A stretch of 64,000 bases of DNA from Scyliorhinus canicula (GCF_902713615.1 NC_052158.1:11962546-12026545); one strand, 5' to 3'. Numbered from the stretch's first letter, positions 23,353 through 36,400 are shown. Translations and numbers: made by a program. Notes: generated by a model not told the origin, from the letters alone.

Positions 23353-26300
23353 TTTTTTTTTAATAAACGTTTTATTGAGGCATTTTCTTTGGCTTTTTAA
23401 CAGCAACAAAATCAACAATATAAATAACAAGATAAATATATACATAGTGCAAATTCCACCACCCTCTCCCACAGGTCTTGCCATTACTTACCCCGCTAAC
23501 CTATGCTAACCTAACCCCCTCGCCCCACCTTTTTTTCTGCTGACGATTAGTTCTCTGTGCGGAAGTCGACAAATGGTTGCCACCTCCCGGTGAACCACAG
23601 CTGAGACCCTCTGATGGCGAATTTAATTTTCTCCAGGCAGAGGAAGCCAGCCATGTCTGAAAGCCTGGTTCTCCGATTTTGGGGGCTTTGAGTTCCTCCA
23701 TGCCAGCAATATACACCTCCGGGCTACCAGGGAAGCAAATGCCAGAACGTCTGCCTCTTTCTCCTCCTGGATTCCCGGGTCCTGCGATACCCCAAAAATC
23801 GGCACCTCCGGACTCATTGCCACTCTCGTATTTAATACCTTGGATATGGTGTTGGCAAACCCCTACCAAAATCCCCTCAATTCTGGACATGCCCAGAACA
23901 CATGGTTCGCTACCCCCCCCCCCCCCCCCCAACAACCTGCACACTTCGCACATCTGTCTTCCACGCTAAAGAATCTGCTCATCCAGGCCATTATCATGTG
24001 GGCCTGGTGAACAACCTTAAATTGGATCAGGCTGAACCTGGCACATGTTGCGGTAGCATTGACCCTTCCTAACGCGTCCGCCCAAAGGCCCTCCTCTATC
24101 TCTCCCCCCAGCTTCTCCTCCCACTTACGCTTCAGCTCCTCGGTCTGCGTCTGCTCCAAACCCATAATCTATGTCCGAGATGCTCCCCTCCCCTATCCAT
24201 CCTCTAGAGACCACCCTGTCCTGGATCCCCCTTACTGTCAGGAGTGGGAAGGTTGATACCTGCCTCCGCAAAAAGTCCCGCACCTGTAAATATCGGAGAT
24301 TATTCCCTCCAGTCAGTGCAAACTTCTCCTCCAGCACCCTCATACTCGGGAAGCTACCTTCCAAGAATAAGTCCCCCATCCTCTCTATCCCCGCTCTCCG
24401 CCAAATACGGAACCCCCCCATCCATCCTCCCCGGACAAACCTATGATTGTCGCACATTGGGGACCACATCGATGCCTCCTCCACTGCCCCCAGACTCTCA
24501 GGGCCGCCACCACCACCGAACTGGTGGAGTACCGCGCCGACGGGAACGGCGGGGCGCCGTCACGAGTGCCCCTAAATTTGTGCCCTTACACGAAGCCGCC
24601 TCCATGCGAACTCACGCCAGCTCCCCTCTCCCCCTCCCGCCCCCACCAGCTACCTCGTCACCATGGCTATATTAGCCACCCAATAATAATTACTGAAATT
24701 TGGCAGCGCCAGCCCTCCATCACCCCAACTCCGCTTGAACATTGCCCTCTTCACACGCGGGGGCTTGCCCCCCCCACCCCCCACACACACAAAGCCCACA
24801 ATAATCTTATTAATCGGCTTAAAAATGGACTGTGGGATGAAGATGGGGAGGCACTGGAAAATGAAGAGAAACCTCGGGAGAACCGTCATTTTTACCGACT
24901 GCACCCTACACGCCAGAGACAACGGGAGCGTGTCACATCTCAGGAAATCCTCCTTCATCTGGTCCACCAACCGGGCCAAGTTCAATTTGTGTAGCCTATC
25001 CCAATCCCTCGCCACTTAGATACCCAGGTATCTGAAACTGTCCCCTACCACTCTGAATGGCAGTTCCCCTAGTCGCCTCTCCTGACCTCTCGCCTGAACC
25101 ACAAACAGCTCGCTCTTCCCCATATCAAGCTTGTAACCCAAAAACCGGCCGAATTCCCCTAGGATTCCCATAATTTCCCCCATCCTTTCCATTGGGTCTG
25201 AGACCATGAAGGCAAGTCATCCGCATACAACGATACTCTGTGCTCCACCCCCTCCCCCCCGAACCAACCCCTTCCATTCACTTGAGGCCCTCAGACAATT
25301 GCCAGCGGCTCTATCGCCAGCACAAACAGCAGTGCGGGGAGGGGACATCCCTGTCTCATCCACCGGTGTCATCTGAAATATTCTAACGTCGTCCTATTCA
25401 TCCACACACTAGCAACCGGCGCCTGGTACAGCAGCCTAACCCAGTCAACAAAGCCCCTCCCAAACTCAAACCGCTCCAGCACCTCCCATAAGTAATCCCA
25501 CTCGACCCGGTCAACACTTTTTCAGTGTCCATCGCAACCACCACTTCAGCTTCCCTGCCTTCCGGGGGCATCATAATCACATTGAGCAACCTTCTTACAT
25601 TGGCCCCCAGCTGCCTTCCCTTAACAAACCCTGTCTGGTCCTCCCCTATAATGTCTGGTCCACAGTCCTCAATCCTAAAGGCCAGAATCTTGGCCAGGAG
25701 TTTGGCATCCACGTTTAACAGGGATATTGGCCTATAAGAGCCGCACAGCTCCAGGTCCTTGTCCTTTTCAAAATGAGCGAGATCATGGCCTGTGACATCG
25801 TCTGGGGTAAACCCCTCTTTCCTTGGCCTCGTTAAAGACTTTCAGCAGTACCGGCCTACAATATTCCGAAGAACGTTTGATAGAACTCGACTGGGTACCC
25901 GTCTGGCCCTGGGGCCTTCCCCGACTGCATGGCCTTCAAGCCCTCCACTATCTCCTCCAGCCCGACCGGGGCCCCCTGCCCTTCTACCAGCTCCCCATCC
26001 ACCTTTGGGAAAGTCAGCCCATCCAAGAAGTGCCTCATCCCCTCCGGCCTCCCAACCTACTATAAAAGTCCCGAAAGGTGTTGCTCACCCCCTCCGAGTC
26101 CCCAACTAAGATCCCATCCCTGTCAACCACTTTCCCTATTTCTCCAGCTGCCTCCCTCTTTCTGAGCTGCTGTGCAAGCATCCTGCTGGCCTTCTCACCG
26201 TGCTCGTAGATCGCTCCCTTCACCTTCTTCAGCTGCTCCACTGCCCTACCTGTAGTTAACAAACCCAATTCTGCCTGCAGACTCCGGCGTTCCCTCAATA

Positions 26301-27742
26301 GCCCTGCCTCTGGAGGCTCCGTATTCCTCCTATCCACTCGTAGGATCTCTCTTACCAGTCGGTCCGTTTATGCCCTTTCCGTCCTGTCCCTGTGAGCCTG
26401 GATCGAGATCAGTTCTCCTCTCACCACTGCCTTCAGCGCCTCCCAGACCACTGCTGCTGGGACCTCCCCAGTGTTGTTTACCTGCATGTAGTTCAGCATG
26501 CACTCCCTCAACCTCCCGCAGACCGCTTCATCCATCAATAGCCCCACATCCAACCTCCAGTGCAGGCACTGCTTGCTGTCCATACTGACCTGCAGGTCCA
26601 CCCAGTGCGGAACATGATCCGAGATCATAATCGCCGAATAGCCCTTGTCCACCACCCCCGCCAACAGGACCCTGCCCACTACAAAGAAATCTATCCGGGA
26701 ATACACCTTGTGAACGTGGGAGAAGAAAGAAAATTCCTTGGCTGTCGGCTGCCTAAATCTCCACGGATCCACCCCCCCCACACACACACCCACCCCCTCC
26801 CCCATCTGTTCCATGAACCTGTTCAGCTCCTTCTCCATTGCTGGCACCTTGCCCATTCTCGAACATGACCAGTCCAGGCCTGGATTGATAACCGTGTTGA
26901 AATCCCCACCCATAATCAGCCTGGGCGAATCAAGGTCCAGCATCTTCCCCAGTACCCGCCTTATAAAATCCCCATCGTCCCAATTTGGCACGTATATGTT
27001 TACCAGCACTACCTTCAACCCCTGCAGCCTGCCACTAACCATGATGAATCTACCTCCCACATCCGAGACTATTCTCCCTGCCTCAAATGCCACCCGCTTG
27101 TTGATCAAAATCACAGCCCCGCTTGTCTTCGAATCCAGCCCCAAATGGAAAATCTAACTAACCCAGCCTTTCCTCAACCTGACCTGATCCACGACCCGAA
27201 GATGTGTCTCCTGCAACATCGCCATGTCCACCTTCAGTCTCCTCAGGTGTGCAAACACACGAGCCCTCTTCACCGGCCCATTTAGCACCTGAAAATTCCA
27301 GGTGACCAGCCTAGTTAGAGCAGCGCCTTCTCCACCTTCTGAATCGCCTGGTCCTGGGCTTCCAGTCTGCTTTCCAGGCGATCTATAGACTCCTTTCTCG
27401 GGCCCAGGCATTCCCGCTTCTGTCCGGCGGAACCATCCTGAATGGCCTGCATCACTGGGTCCGCTGCACTCTGCGCTGCCACCCCAGGGGTCCAGACATC
27501 GGCCATACTGTCTCCCGTTACAACTTCAACACTGCTCGCTACTGGCTTCTTGTTTCTGCCCTTTTGCACACTTCTGATCCTTTTTTCCATGAACCAATGC
27601 AAGGAAACAGTGCCCAGCTGCATCAGCCAATGAATCTTCCGATTAAAACCAAAGAAAAGGCCGGGAGAATGGTCCAAAAGTCCAACCAGAGCGGGAGCCA
27701 CCAGCTGTGTGACTTAGTCCTCCATAGCCGCCACCGGAAGTC
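23353..27742 (-). mobile_element. Near full-length L1/Tx1-clade LINE with most of ORF1 deleted and ORF2 decayed
   Basis: 5' GACTTCCGGTGGCGG; APE motifs (TWN..LN, LQETHL, GGDFN, SRID, SDH); RT motifs (KAPGPDG, QGCPLP, LYADD); A tail; degenerate TSD gccggt..cttcct. Confidence 0.93.
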
Positions 27743-28299
27743 GCCGGTGACCTTCCTGTATGTAATGTTGCTCCACAGGCGGAAGGTAGTGTGACATCAC
27801 CATGTTTGAGATTAATCAGTTCATCAGATTCTCACACTGGGGTCTTTCCAGAGGGTCCCCGAAATAGCTTTCCGAGAGGGTGGGGAAGGAAAACAGTGAG
27901 TGAGATAGAGTAGAGAGCATTTGCGAAAGAGGCAGTGTGGGGGGTGGGGGGAGAGTAATGACAAGAAATCCACTTTGTATACATTCCCAGGAGTTAGTGT
28001 TAGTTCTGTATCGAGCATTTGCATATTTCCACCCCAAACCTCCCGAATCCTCTCCCTTCTTCACGGTGATGGACATTTCACTGTCATGGTTTTCAGCGGT
28101 GAGTCTCACATTGACTTTCAGTAGGAGGGGAGGGGAGGGGAGGTGGGAGACCAGCTGCTGCTGTGATACTCACTGTCTTCAGTTTGGGCTCAGGCAGTGA
28201 GTAAGTGCCGTTATCCAGCTGCCCGGCCTGCTGAGTATTTCCATCATTCTCTGTTTATATTAAGCTCTAGTTGGTTAGTCTCCTGTTGAATGTTTGAAT

Positions 28300-30350
28300 G
28301 AGTCCAGAGCACGATGGAAGTGGGGTGTCCCACATCGGATGGCTCCCACCTAGGAAGAAGAAAGAAGGCTGAAGCCTGGTCCCAGGGGAGCTCTGGATGA
28401 ATGCAGAGGAGAAAGAAAGAAGATTTTAAGATTTAAGGAAGTTTGGTGAAGTTTTTTTTTCTTTTCCCCCTTTTATTTTTCAAAAGGAAAAAGAATAATT
28501 CAGATTGATGAAGGACAGGAGGGTGGAGGGGGGGGGAGAGGAGAAGAGAAAGAAAGTAAAAAACAATAAACCGCTGAAGGATGCGAAAAGCAGCGTCGAA
28601 GAAAGGAGTTCGCCGCAGAAGGAGAAGACGAATAAAAGTGTTGACAGGCTGGCGGAAGCCGAACCGCAAGGCAGGGCAGCATTACCTACAGTGGAGAAGA
28701 TGACCGAGGTGATGGCGGTGGAGCTGAAAAAACAGTTTGCGAGGCACATGGAGGCCTTGAGGAAGGAGACGGTGGTCGTATTGAAGTCACTGGTGGAGGA
28801 GGCAATCGCCCCGGTGGCGGTGGCAAAGGCATTGGCCGAGGTGAGAGAGCAGGGCGAGTAGATGAAGGAAATGGAGGAAGCCGTGTCACGATATAGCGAC
28901 CAGGTCACCTCGATGGGGGATGAGCTGCGGAGGGTTGTGGAGCTTAACAGAGGACTCTGAGCAAAGCTTGAAGACTTGGAAAACCGCTCAAGGTGGCACA
29001 ATTTGAGAATTGTGGGCTTGCCCGAAGGGACAGAGGGCCCAAGGCCAACACAATACTTCACTAAGAAGTTGGCGGAGCTGATGGGGGAGGGTGAGAACCC
29101 CTCCCGGTACGAGCTAGACCGAGCTCATCGGTCATTAAGGCCGTAGCCCAAAGTGAACGAGCCGCCAAGGGCAGTAATTATCTGCTTCCATCAGTTTTGC
29201 ATGAAGGAGAAGGTATTAAACTATTAATCGGGTCGGGGATTAAGACGCTAAAAGATTTGTTTCTTCGGGGTCGATGTGCAGGATTGAGGGAGCTGGAAGC
29301 GAAATATGGGCTGGAGCAGGGAGAGGTGTTTAGATATATGCAGGTTCGGGACTTTGCCAGGAAGGAGATACAGAACTTCCCGGAGGAACCGGCTTCCACA
29401 TTGCTGGAGGAGGTGCTGGTGATAAGGGGACTGGAGAAGGGGGCAGTGTCAGCGGTATACGGAGCTATGTTGGAAAAAGATAAGGCACCACTGGAGGGGA
29501 TCAAAGCAAAGTGGGAGGAAGAGTTGGGAGAGGTTATAGAGGAGGGGGTCTGGTGTCAGGTGCCCCGGAGAGTGAATGCCTCCACCTGTGTGAGGTTGGG
29601 GCTGATACAGCTGAAGGTGGTGTACAGAGCACACCTCACGAGGGCGAGGATGAACCGATTCTTTGAAGGGGTAGAAGATGCGTGTGAACATTGCCGGTTG
29701 GGCCCCACTAATCACGTTCATATGTTTTGGTCCTGTCCAAAGCTTGGGGAGTACTGGAAGGAGGTGTTTAGGGTAATTTCGAAGGTGGTGCGTGTGAAAC
29801 TAGACCCGGGTCCCCGGGAGGCTATATTCAGGGTGTCGGACCAGCCAGGGTTGGAAACGGGTGTGGAGGGAGATATTATCGCCTTTGCCTTGTTGATCGC
29901 CTGAAGGTGGATGCTGCTGGGATGGAGAGCAGCCTCTCCACCCTGTGCCCTGGCGTGGCGGGGGGACCTGTTGAAATACTTGACACTTGAGAAGGTTAAG
30001 TTCGAACTGAGGGGAAGCTCGGAGGGGTTCTACGAGTGGGCACTATTTATTATGCTCTTTCAAGAACTGGATAACATCGAACATTAGTTGGGGGGGATGG
30101 GTCGGTGGGTTGGGGGGGAGGGGGGCTGTGTATATTAAAGATGGCTATGGGTAATCTCTGATTCCTTTTTTGCAATTTGTTTGTGTTAACATGCAGGCTG
30201 ATGTTTGGAGGTTGGTGGGAGGATGGGATCGTTGTTATTGTTATGGGGTTTGATATATTTGTTGTTGATTATTGTTTGTTGTTGGTGGGTGTAAATTTGG
30301 GAGAGAAATTGTGAAAAAGGAGGGAAATAAAAATATTTTTAAAAAAAGAA
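28300..30350 (+). mobile_element. L1/Tx1-clade LINE with a large internal deletion (ORF1 joined to ORF2 C-terminus)
   Basis: ORF1 LEDLENRSR..NLRIVGLPEG, ELDRAHRS; jump near 29215 to ORF2 FRYMQVRDF..CEHC..HMFWSC; AATAAA plus A tail. Confidence 0.88.
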
Positions 30351-31249
30351 ACACGTCTAAAGTCTGACTTTTTAAAATTTCGAACACTCTGTCCTCAGTT
30401 GTGGTTGGCCTATAGGGTACGAACAACTGGAATTGATGAATCATGTGGAATTTATTAAGCAGGATATTACATGTGCTGAACAAGAAACAAATGACGTTTT
30501 CCATCTCGCAAAATGCCAGGAATTCTTAGTTAGCATGGACGATACACTTCCTTTTTGTCTTTGAAGTTATATTGAAATGTGCCCAGAGGAGTCAGACGAC
30601 TGAAACCATGGTTCCCACTTTACAAACAAGGATTATAACTTCTCCACTTCTATTACCTCAGTTTCCCATTCCTCCTTCCTTTGTTTGGAGATGGTCCAAA
30701 TTCACTCCTCCTTATGGAGATTATGCCAATCATTATGTGTCACCCAATCTTTGCAACAACCCTTGCTTCATGGGTCACAGACTCTAGAAGTTTACATTCC
30801 ATTCCAAAGAAATGCATATTTAATCCTGATACGGAGAAGCCATAAATTAAGTAATATTCTCTCATCAACACATCTTAACCCAAGCCCCATAATAAAGATG
30901 TTAAATTCAACAGTTAAACCCACATCCTATTATAACGTCAGAGAATAATGATACAGATCAATTAAAGCAATGACTGGTTTAAACATTGAGTCACCTTAGG
31001 TTCACAATGTTTTAGCCATTCCTTCAGATTGACACATTGTGGTTTTTCAGACAACTTCAGTTCAAGACTCAAAGGAGTTCTGTCATAAAACAATAAAACA
31101 ATTTTGTTTCTTCGCAAATCACTGTTTTCCAACTCTGCAACTCTCTCCTCGATTGTTAATTGTCCAACCTAATGTCAAAACAGGAATATCTACTTTTAGA
31201 CTGTGGTTACAGAATAAAATCTATACCTATTACACATTCTAAAAAATTG

Positions 31250-32290
31250 TAGAATGACAAAAATCTTACACTGATTCTCAACCCATTCACCAATAGAAAC
31301 TGATCCTTCCGATCTACTCTGACCAGACCGCTCATGATTTTGAACACCACTATTAAATCTCATTTCAACCTTCTTTCCTCCACGGAGAACAGGCAAACTG
31401 TCTCTAATCTATGTACATTACTGATATTTCTCATCCCTGGAACCATTTTCTTCAATCTGTTCTCCACCCTCCCTAATGCCTTCACATTCTTCCAAAAGTG
31501 TGGTGCTCAGAACCTGGCACACTGCTCCATTTTTGAGGCCAACCCTATTTTCTTTATACTGATATAATACAATTCCTTGCTTTGGCATTCTATACCCCCT
31601 GTTTAAAATCACAAAATATCATATATTTTATTCACTGCTCTCGATCTGTCCTGACTCTTTCAATTATTTATGCACAAACATAATCCCGGTTCCATTTTTC
31701 CTGCACCCACTTTACAATTGCGTCCTGAATTTTACATTGCCTCTCTCCATTCTTTCAACCAAAATGAATCACTCCGCATTTCTCTACATTAAACTTCATC
31801 TGTGAATTGTCTGAATTCCACCAACTTGTCTATGCCCTACACTACCCTCCTCGCAGTTCACAACACTTCCAAATTTCATTCTAGTCCTGAAAATGTTGAA
31901 ATTGTGCCATATTCACCAAAGTTTGGGACATTAATATATATTAGGAAGAGCAGGGTCGTAATAACAACTCCTGGAAACTCCACAAAAAGAAATCCCTTTG
32001 TTTGAAAAACAACCATTAAACGCGACTTTTCTGTTTGTTGTCACTCAGCCAGTTTTGTATCGATGTTGCTATTGCCCCCTTTGTTCCATGAGGTCTACAT
32101 TACTGTACGTTATCAGATGTAGTTTGGAAGTCCATATACACAACAACAGAAATCCAGAACGTTAGTAAATACAATATACATTTAATAAATGTGTGCTGGT
32201 TTTCCTTAATTAACTAGAATTAGCCATATGACTATTAGTTTTACCCTAAGTTACCATTTCTTAAAGCTTTCTCACCACCAAGGTCAAACT
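31250..32290 (-). mobile_element. Old CR1 LINE fragment
   Basis: Reverse strand carries decayed RT 3' motifs (CARF.APHF.KNVKAL.RV..RL.KMVPGMR). Confidence 0.65.
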
Positions 32291-32576
32291 GTTGCCGGAC
32301 TAAGTTGAACATTAACAATTTTCCCATCCACTGCTCCTCAGAAAATATGAAAAATAATGGTGAGTGCCTCCACAATTTCCATTCTCACTTGCCTCATTAT
32401 CCTTGAATGGATCTCATACGGTCAGCCTTATATATATGCAATACTAATCCAGTAAACAACCAGTTTGCGCTGAAATGCTATCAGAATTCCCGACTCAAAG
32501 CTGCATAAACAGCTCTAGTCTGAGATATTCCAAATAATTAGTTCATACTGGGATCAAAGGAAATGTTTGAGATTAT

Positions 32577-32807
32577 TTTTTATTTTTTTTATTAAATTTA
32601 GATTACCCAATTATTTTTCCAATTAAGGGACAATTTAGCGTGGCCAATCCACCTACTCTGCACATTTTTGGGTTGTGGGGGCGAAACCCACACAGACACG
32701 GGGAGAATGTGCAAACTCCATATGGACAGTGACCCAGAGCCGGGATCGAACCTGGGACCTCAGCGCCGTGAGGCGGTTGTGCGAACCACTAGGCCACCGT
32801 GCTGCCC
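32577..32807 (-). mobile_element. Short V-SINE variant with poly(A) tail and 14-bp TSD
   Basis: TSD atgtttgagattat at 32563-32576 and 32809-32822. Confidence 0.88.
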
Positions 32808-33208
32808 TATGTTTGAGATTATAATCTTAAAACCTCTCTTACGGTCTGCACTATTGACAGAATACTTGGAAGCAGGTGTCCAATTGTGACTAAAATGGCC
32901 ATTCATTCTCAAAAATGAAGTCAAGACTTTTTATTCAACAAGACCAGCTACTGGGAGATTAAGAGAGGGCAGATGATCGAGCCAACAATCAAGCACAGCC
33001 TCGATAAACCAATAGCTAATTTCTTTACTGTGGAAGAGCCTGCAAGGCTAAGAAAAACCTTCTGGCCCACCTGTGAACGTGCAGCCAAACGTGGCATCAC
33101 CCAAGCATAGAAATGATGGTATTATTAGGGGTTGCTGATGAATAACTACTTTGCTATCATAACCTTCTTTATCTTGAGATAAAATTACCTTACACAATTG
33201 TACCAGCG

Positions 33209-33268
33209 GTGCTCGCCTTGGCAGCATGTATACTAAAATGGGAACGATACAGAGAAGATTAGCATGGC
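33209..33268 (+). pseudogene. RNU6: 3'-truncated U6 snRNA retrocopy (nt 1-60) with target-site duplication
   Basis: GTGCTCGCCTTGGCAGCATGTATACTAAAATGGGAACGATACAGAGAAGATTAGCATGGC matches the U6 5' half including ACAGAGA; flanked by CACAATTGTACCAG at 33193-33206 and 33268-33281. Confidence 0.93.
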
Positions 33269-33394
33269 ACAATTGTACCAGATGTTTACAAGCATATGTG
33301 AAGTTGTGCACCTGATTTTAAGGTGGTCTGCAAACAATTTATTTTAAATATGTTTAAATCAATCGACTTCATGCTGAATTTATAAATAAATCAA

Positions 33395-33860
33395 TGCTAA
33401 GATCTCATCTAGAGTGCTGTGTTCAGTTCTGGGAAGATGTCACGGTTTTTCAGAGAAGACAGAAGAGATTTACCAGAATTGTAACAAGGCTGGTGGGTTT
33501 TAGTTATGTTGTTTGATCGGGTTGGGGTTATGTATCTTAGAGGAAAGACAAGTTAAGAAGAGATGAGTCACAGATATTGAAACATGTGAGTACGTTTGAC
33601 AGACCAAGTAAGGGGAAGGGTGGCCGTAAGATCCAGAGGATATAGATGGAAGCTGATGCCAAAATGACATCTGTTTTCAATTATTTTGAGCTGGAACACA
33701 GTCTGAATTGGTGGGCGTAACAGAATCTGCAGTGACATTCAAGAGAACATTGCAGAGCCATTGAAGGGTTTGAGTAAAGAACAGGTGAGTGAGACGAATC
33801 AATAACTATACAAAAGCATGAACTCGGGCATGGTGAGCCAATGATGACTCATCTGAATGT
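33395..33860 (+). mobile_element. Old CR1 3' fragment
   Basis: ctagagtgctgtgttcagttctgg..agaagagatttaccagaat. Confidence 0.55.
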
Positions 33861-33879
33861 AATAGCGAATAATGTCCAA

Positions 33880-34803
33880 AACTCCAGACTCCTGAATGAC
33901 TCTCGTATAGATTGATCTGATCTCTTCACACATCTTCTCTACTGAGTTGTACCGAACTCCGTATGCTCACCCGTTGCCTGAGCCTATGTCTTTACTCGCC
34001 CTTAGTTTAAGATCTTACAAAATGAGTTTCCAGTATATTATTGGCAAGGTGCAAAACTGCGGACCATGGATGATTCTGTCTGGGAAAGTAAAGGTTACTG
34101 ATTTCACATCAGCAACTTGCATTTACATAACATTGTGGTAAAATGTGCCAAAGTGCTTCACATGAGCATAACCATTGAAGAACTGACACTGATCCAAATA
34201 AGCAGACAATAAGAGGGGTGCACTTTCAGAGGTTCGGTGCAGACTCAATGGGCTAAATGACCTCCTACTGTATTGTTGGGATTCAATGAATATGAAAATA
34301 AATTATGGCTGTAAACACCAGGTAAATGTGTCACCAATTGTCTGAAACATATTAGGAACCTCAGGTGAACAATATTCTGATACATGTTATACAACTTTAT
34401 TGACAAAAGAAATCTCAAATATTTTTCAAAATATTATTTTCTTGAACAACAATTCACTCAGACCCACGCCTCAGTCGAGTCGGGTTCCATCCCTCGAAAC
34501 AGCAATTGTTTACAAATCCTGCTGCTGCCTTGGTACTCCAGGCCTCTGAACGTCGTCCTGACATTTCCCAGAGCCACCAATCACTATGATTCTCGTATAG
34601 ATTGATCTGATCTCTTCACACATCTTCTCCACTGAGTTGTACCGAACTCCGTATGCTCACCAGTCGCCTGAGCCTATGTCTTTACATTGTGTATTTATGT
34701 ATGTCCTATGCTTTTTTTTCATCTGTGGAATGACCTGTCTGGACTGTTCGCAGAACAATACTTTTCATTGTATTTCTGTACACGTGACAATAATAAAAAT
34801 CCA
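33880..34803 (+). mobile_element. Rex1/Babar 3' end, split, with a 100-bp direct duplication (33896-33995 / 34586-34685)
   Basis: agactcctgaat (RLLN); 3' UTR aatacttttcattgta..gtgacaataataaa, similar to the Rex1 copy at 50904-51398. Confidence 0.7.
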
Positions 34804-34865
34804 ACCCAAATGTGCAGGTTAGGTGGATTGGCCAGTGGTAAATTTTCCCTTTGTATCGAACAATA

Positions 34866-35209
34866 GGGCAGCATGGTAGCATGGTGGTTAGCATAAATGC
34901 TTCACAGCTCCAGGGTCCCAGGTTCGATTCCCGGCTGGGTCACTGTCTGTGTGGAGTCTGCACGTCCTCCCCGTGTGTGCGTGGGTTTCCTCCGGGTGCT
35001 CCGGTTTCCTCCCACAGTCCAAAGATGTGCGGGTTAGGTGGATTGGCCATGCTAAATTGCCCATAGTGTCCTAAAAAGTAAGGTTAAAGGGGGGGTTGTT
35101 GGGTTACGGGTATAGGGTGGATACGTGGGTTTGAGTAGGATGATCATGGCTCGGCACAACATCGAGGGCCGAAGGGCCTGTTCTGTGCTGTACTGTTCTA
35201 TGTTCTATG
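34866..35209 (+). mobile_element. Young full-length HE1/V-SINE (CR1 tail), inserted into an older V-SINE
   Basis: Complete head, core and tail. Confidence 0.92.
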
Positions 35210-35258
35210 AATGGTTAGGTGGGGTCGCGGGGATAGTTCGGATGGTCAGTGCGGACTT

Positions 35259-35599
35259 ATAGAACATAGAACAGTACAGCACAGAACAGGCCCTTCGGCC
35301 CTCAATGTTGTGCCGAGCCATGATCACCCTACTCAAATCCACGTATCCACCCTATACCCGTAACCCAACAACCCCCCCCAACCTTACTTTTTAGGACACT
35401 ACGGGCAATTTAGCATGGCCAATCCACCTAACCCACACATCTTTGGACTGTGGGAGGAAACCGGAGCACCCGGAGGAAACCCATGCACACAGGGGGAGGA
35501 CGTGCAGACTCCATACAGACAGTGACCCAGCCGGGAATCGAACCTGGGACCCTGGAGCTGTGAAGCATTTATGCTAACCACCATGCTACCCTGCTGCCC
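35259..35599 (-). mobile_element. Young full-length HE1/V-SINE (CR1 tail)
   Basis: Near-identical reverse complement of 34866-35209. Confidence 0.92.
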
Positions 35600-35601
35600 A
35601 A

Positions 35602-35930
35602 GGTCACTGTCTGTGCGGAGTCTGCACAGAGTCTGCACGTCCTCCCCATGTGTGCGTGGGTTTCCTCCGGGTGCTCCGGTTTCCTCTTGATAGGTTGAAG
35701 AGCCTCTTTCTGCAATGCAGGAAATCTATAATGCTATGATCAAATTAAATGATATGTTGAATAGGTGGATTGGCGATGCTAAATTTCCCTTAGTGTCCAA
35801 TAAAAGGTTAAGTGGGGTTACTGGGTTACGGGGATAGGGTGGAGGTGTGGGCTTAGTTACGGTGCTCTTTCCAAGGGCCAGTGCAGACTCGATGGGCTGA
35901 ATGGCCTCCTTGAGCACTTTAAATTCTATT
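35602..35930 (+). mobile_element. V-SINE fragments
   Basis: Core and tail pieces. Confidence 0.75.
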
Positions 35931-35944
35931 TGTTCCGCACCACA

Positions 35945-36400
35945 TCAATGACGCGACAATACACAGAATGCTCACGATTGGTGAATCGGGTCTTTCCATC
36001 AGGACAGAAAGGCGCATGCGTACTAAGGCCCGCCTGCGAAGAGCCCACGTGACTACGAGGAGCATGCGCGGGGTGGCTGCACAAAGCTGAGCTGGGGCGA
36101 GTGCATCTGGGCAGGGTCGGAATTCAAGCCGCCCGGCGAACCTACGGCGTGGTGCTGGAGATCGGTCGCCATCAAAGCGATGATGCAGCGGCTCCCAACC
36201 CGAAATGACGATTCACTCTCCCGTTTTACCGAGTTCATTCAGAACAAAGGAGCCGCCAGCAATGACCTTGGGGAGCATGCGCACTGTGAGGGCAAACGGA
36301 AATGAATGCGTTGGATAGTGATTGCTGGGGCACAGGGCATTGTGGGAACTACGGCCGCCATTACTTTGTTGATTTTCTTTGTAAGTATTTGACCGGCCGG
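35945..36400 (+). promoter_or_regulatory. CpG-rich promoter and probable non-coding first exon of ZNF-1
   Basis: CpG-dense against depleted flanks; several GCATGCGC/GCGCATGCG (NRF1-like) motifs; GGGCATTGTGGGAACTAC (Staf/ZNF143-like); GCCGCCATT (YY1-like); donor |gtaagt at 36381. Confidence 0.7.

Noticed and set aside
33209-33268. Functional U6 gene
   Set aside because: 3' half missing, flanked by a TSD, and no evident PSE/TATA.
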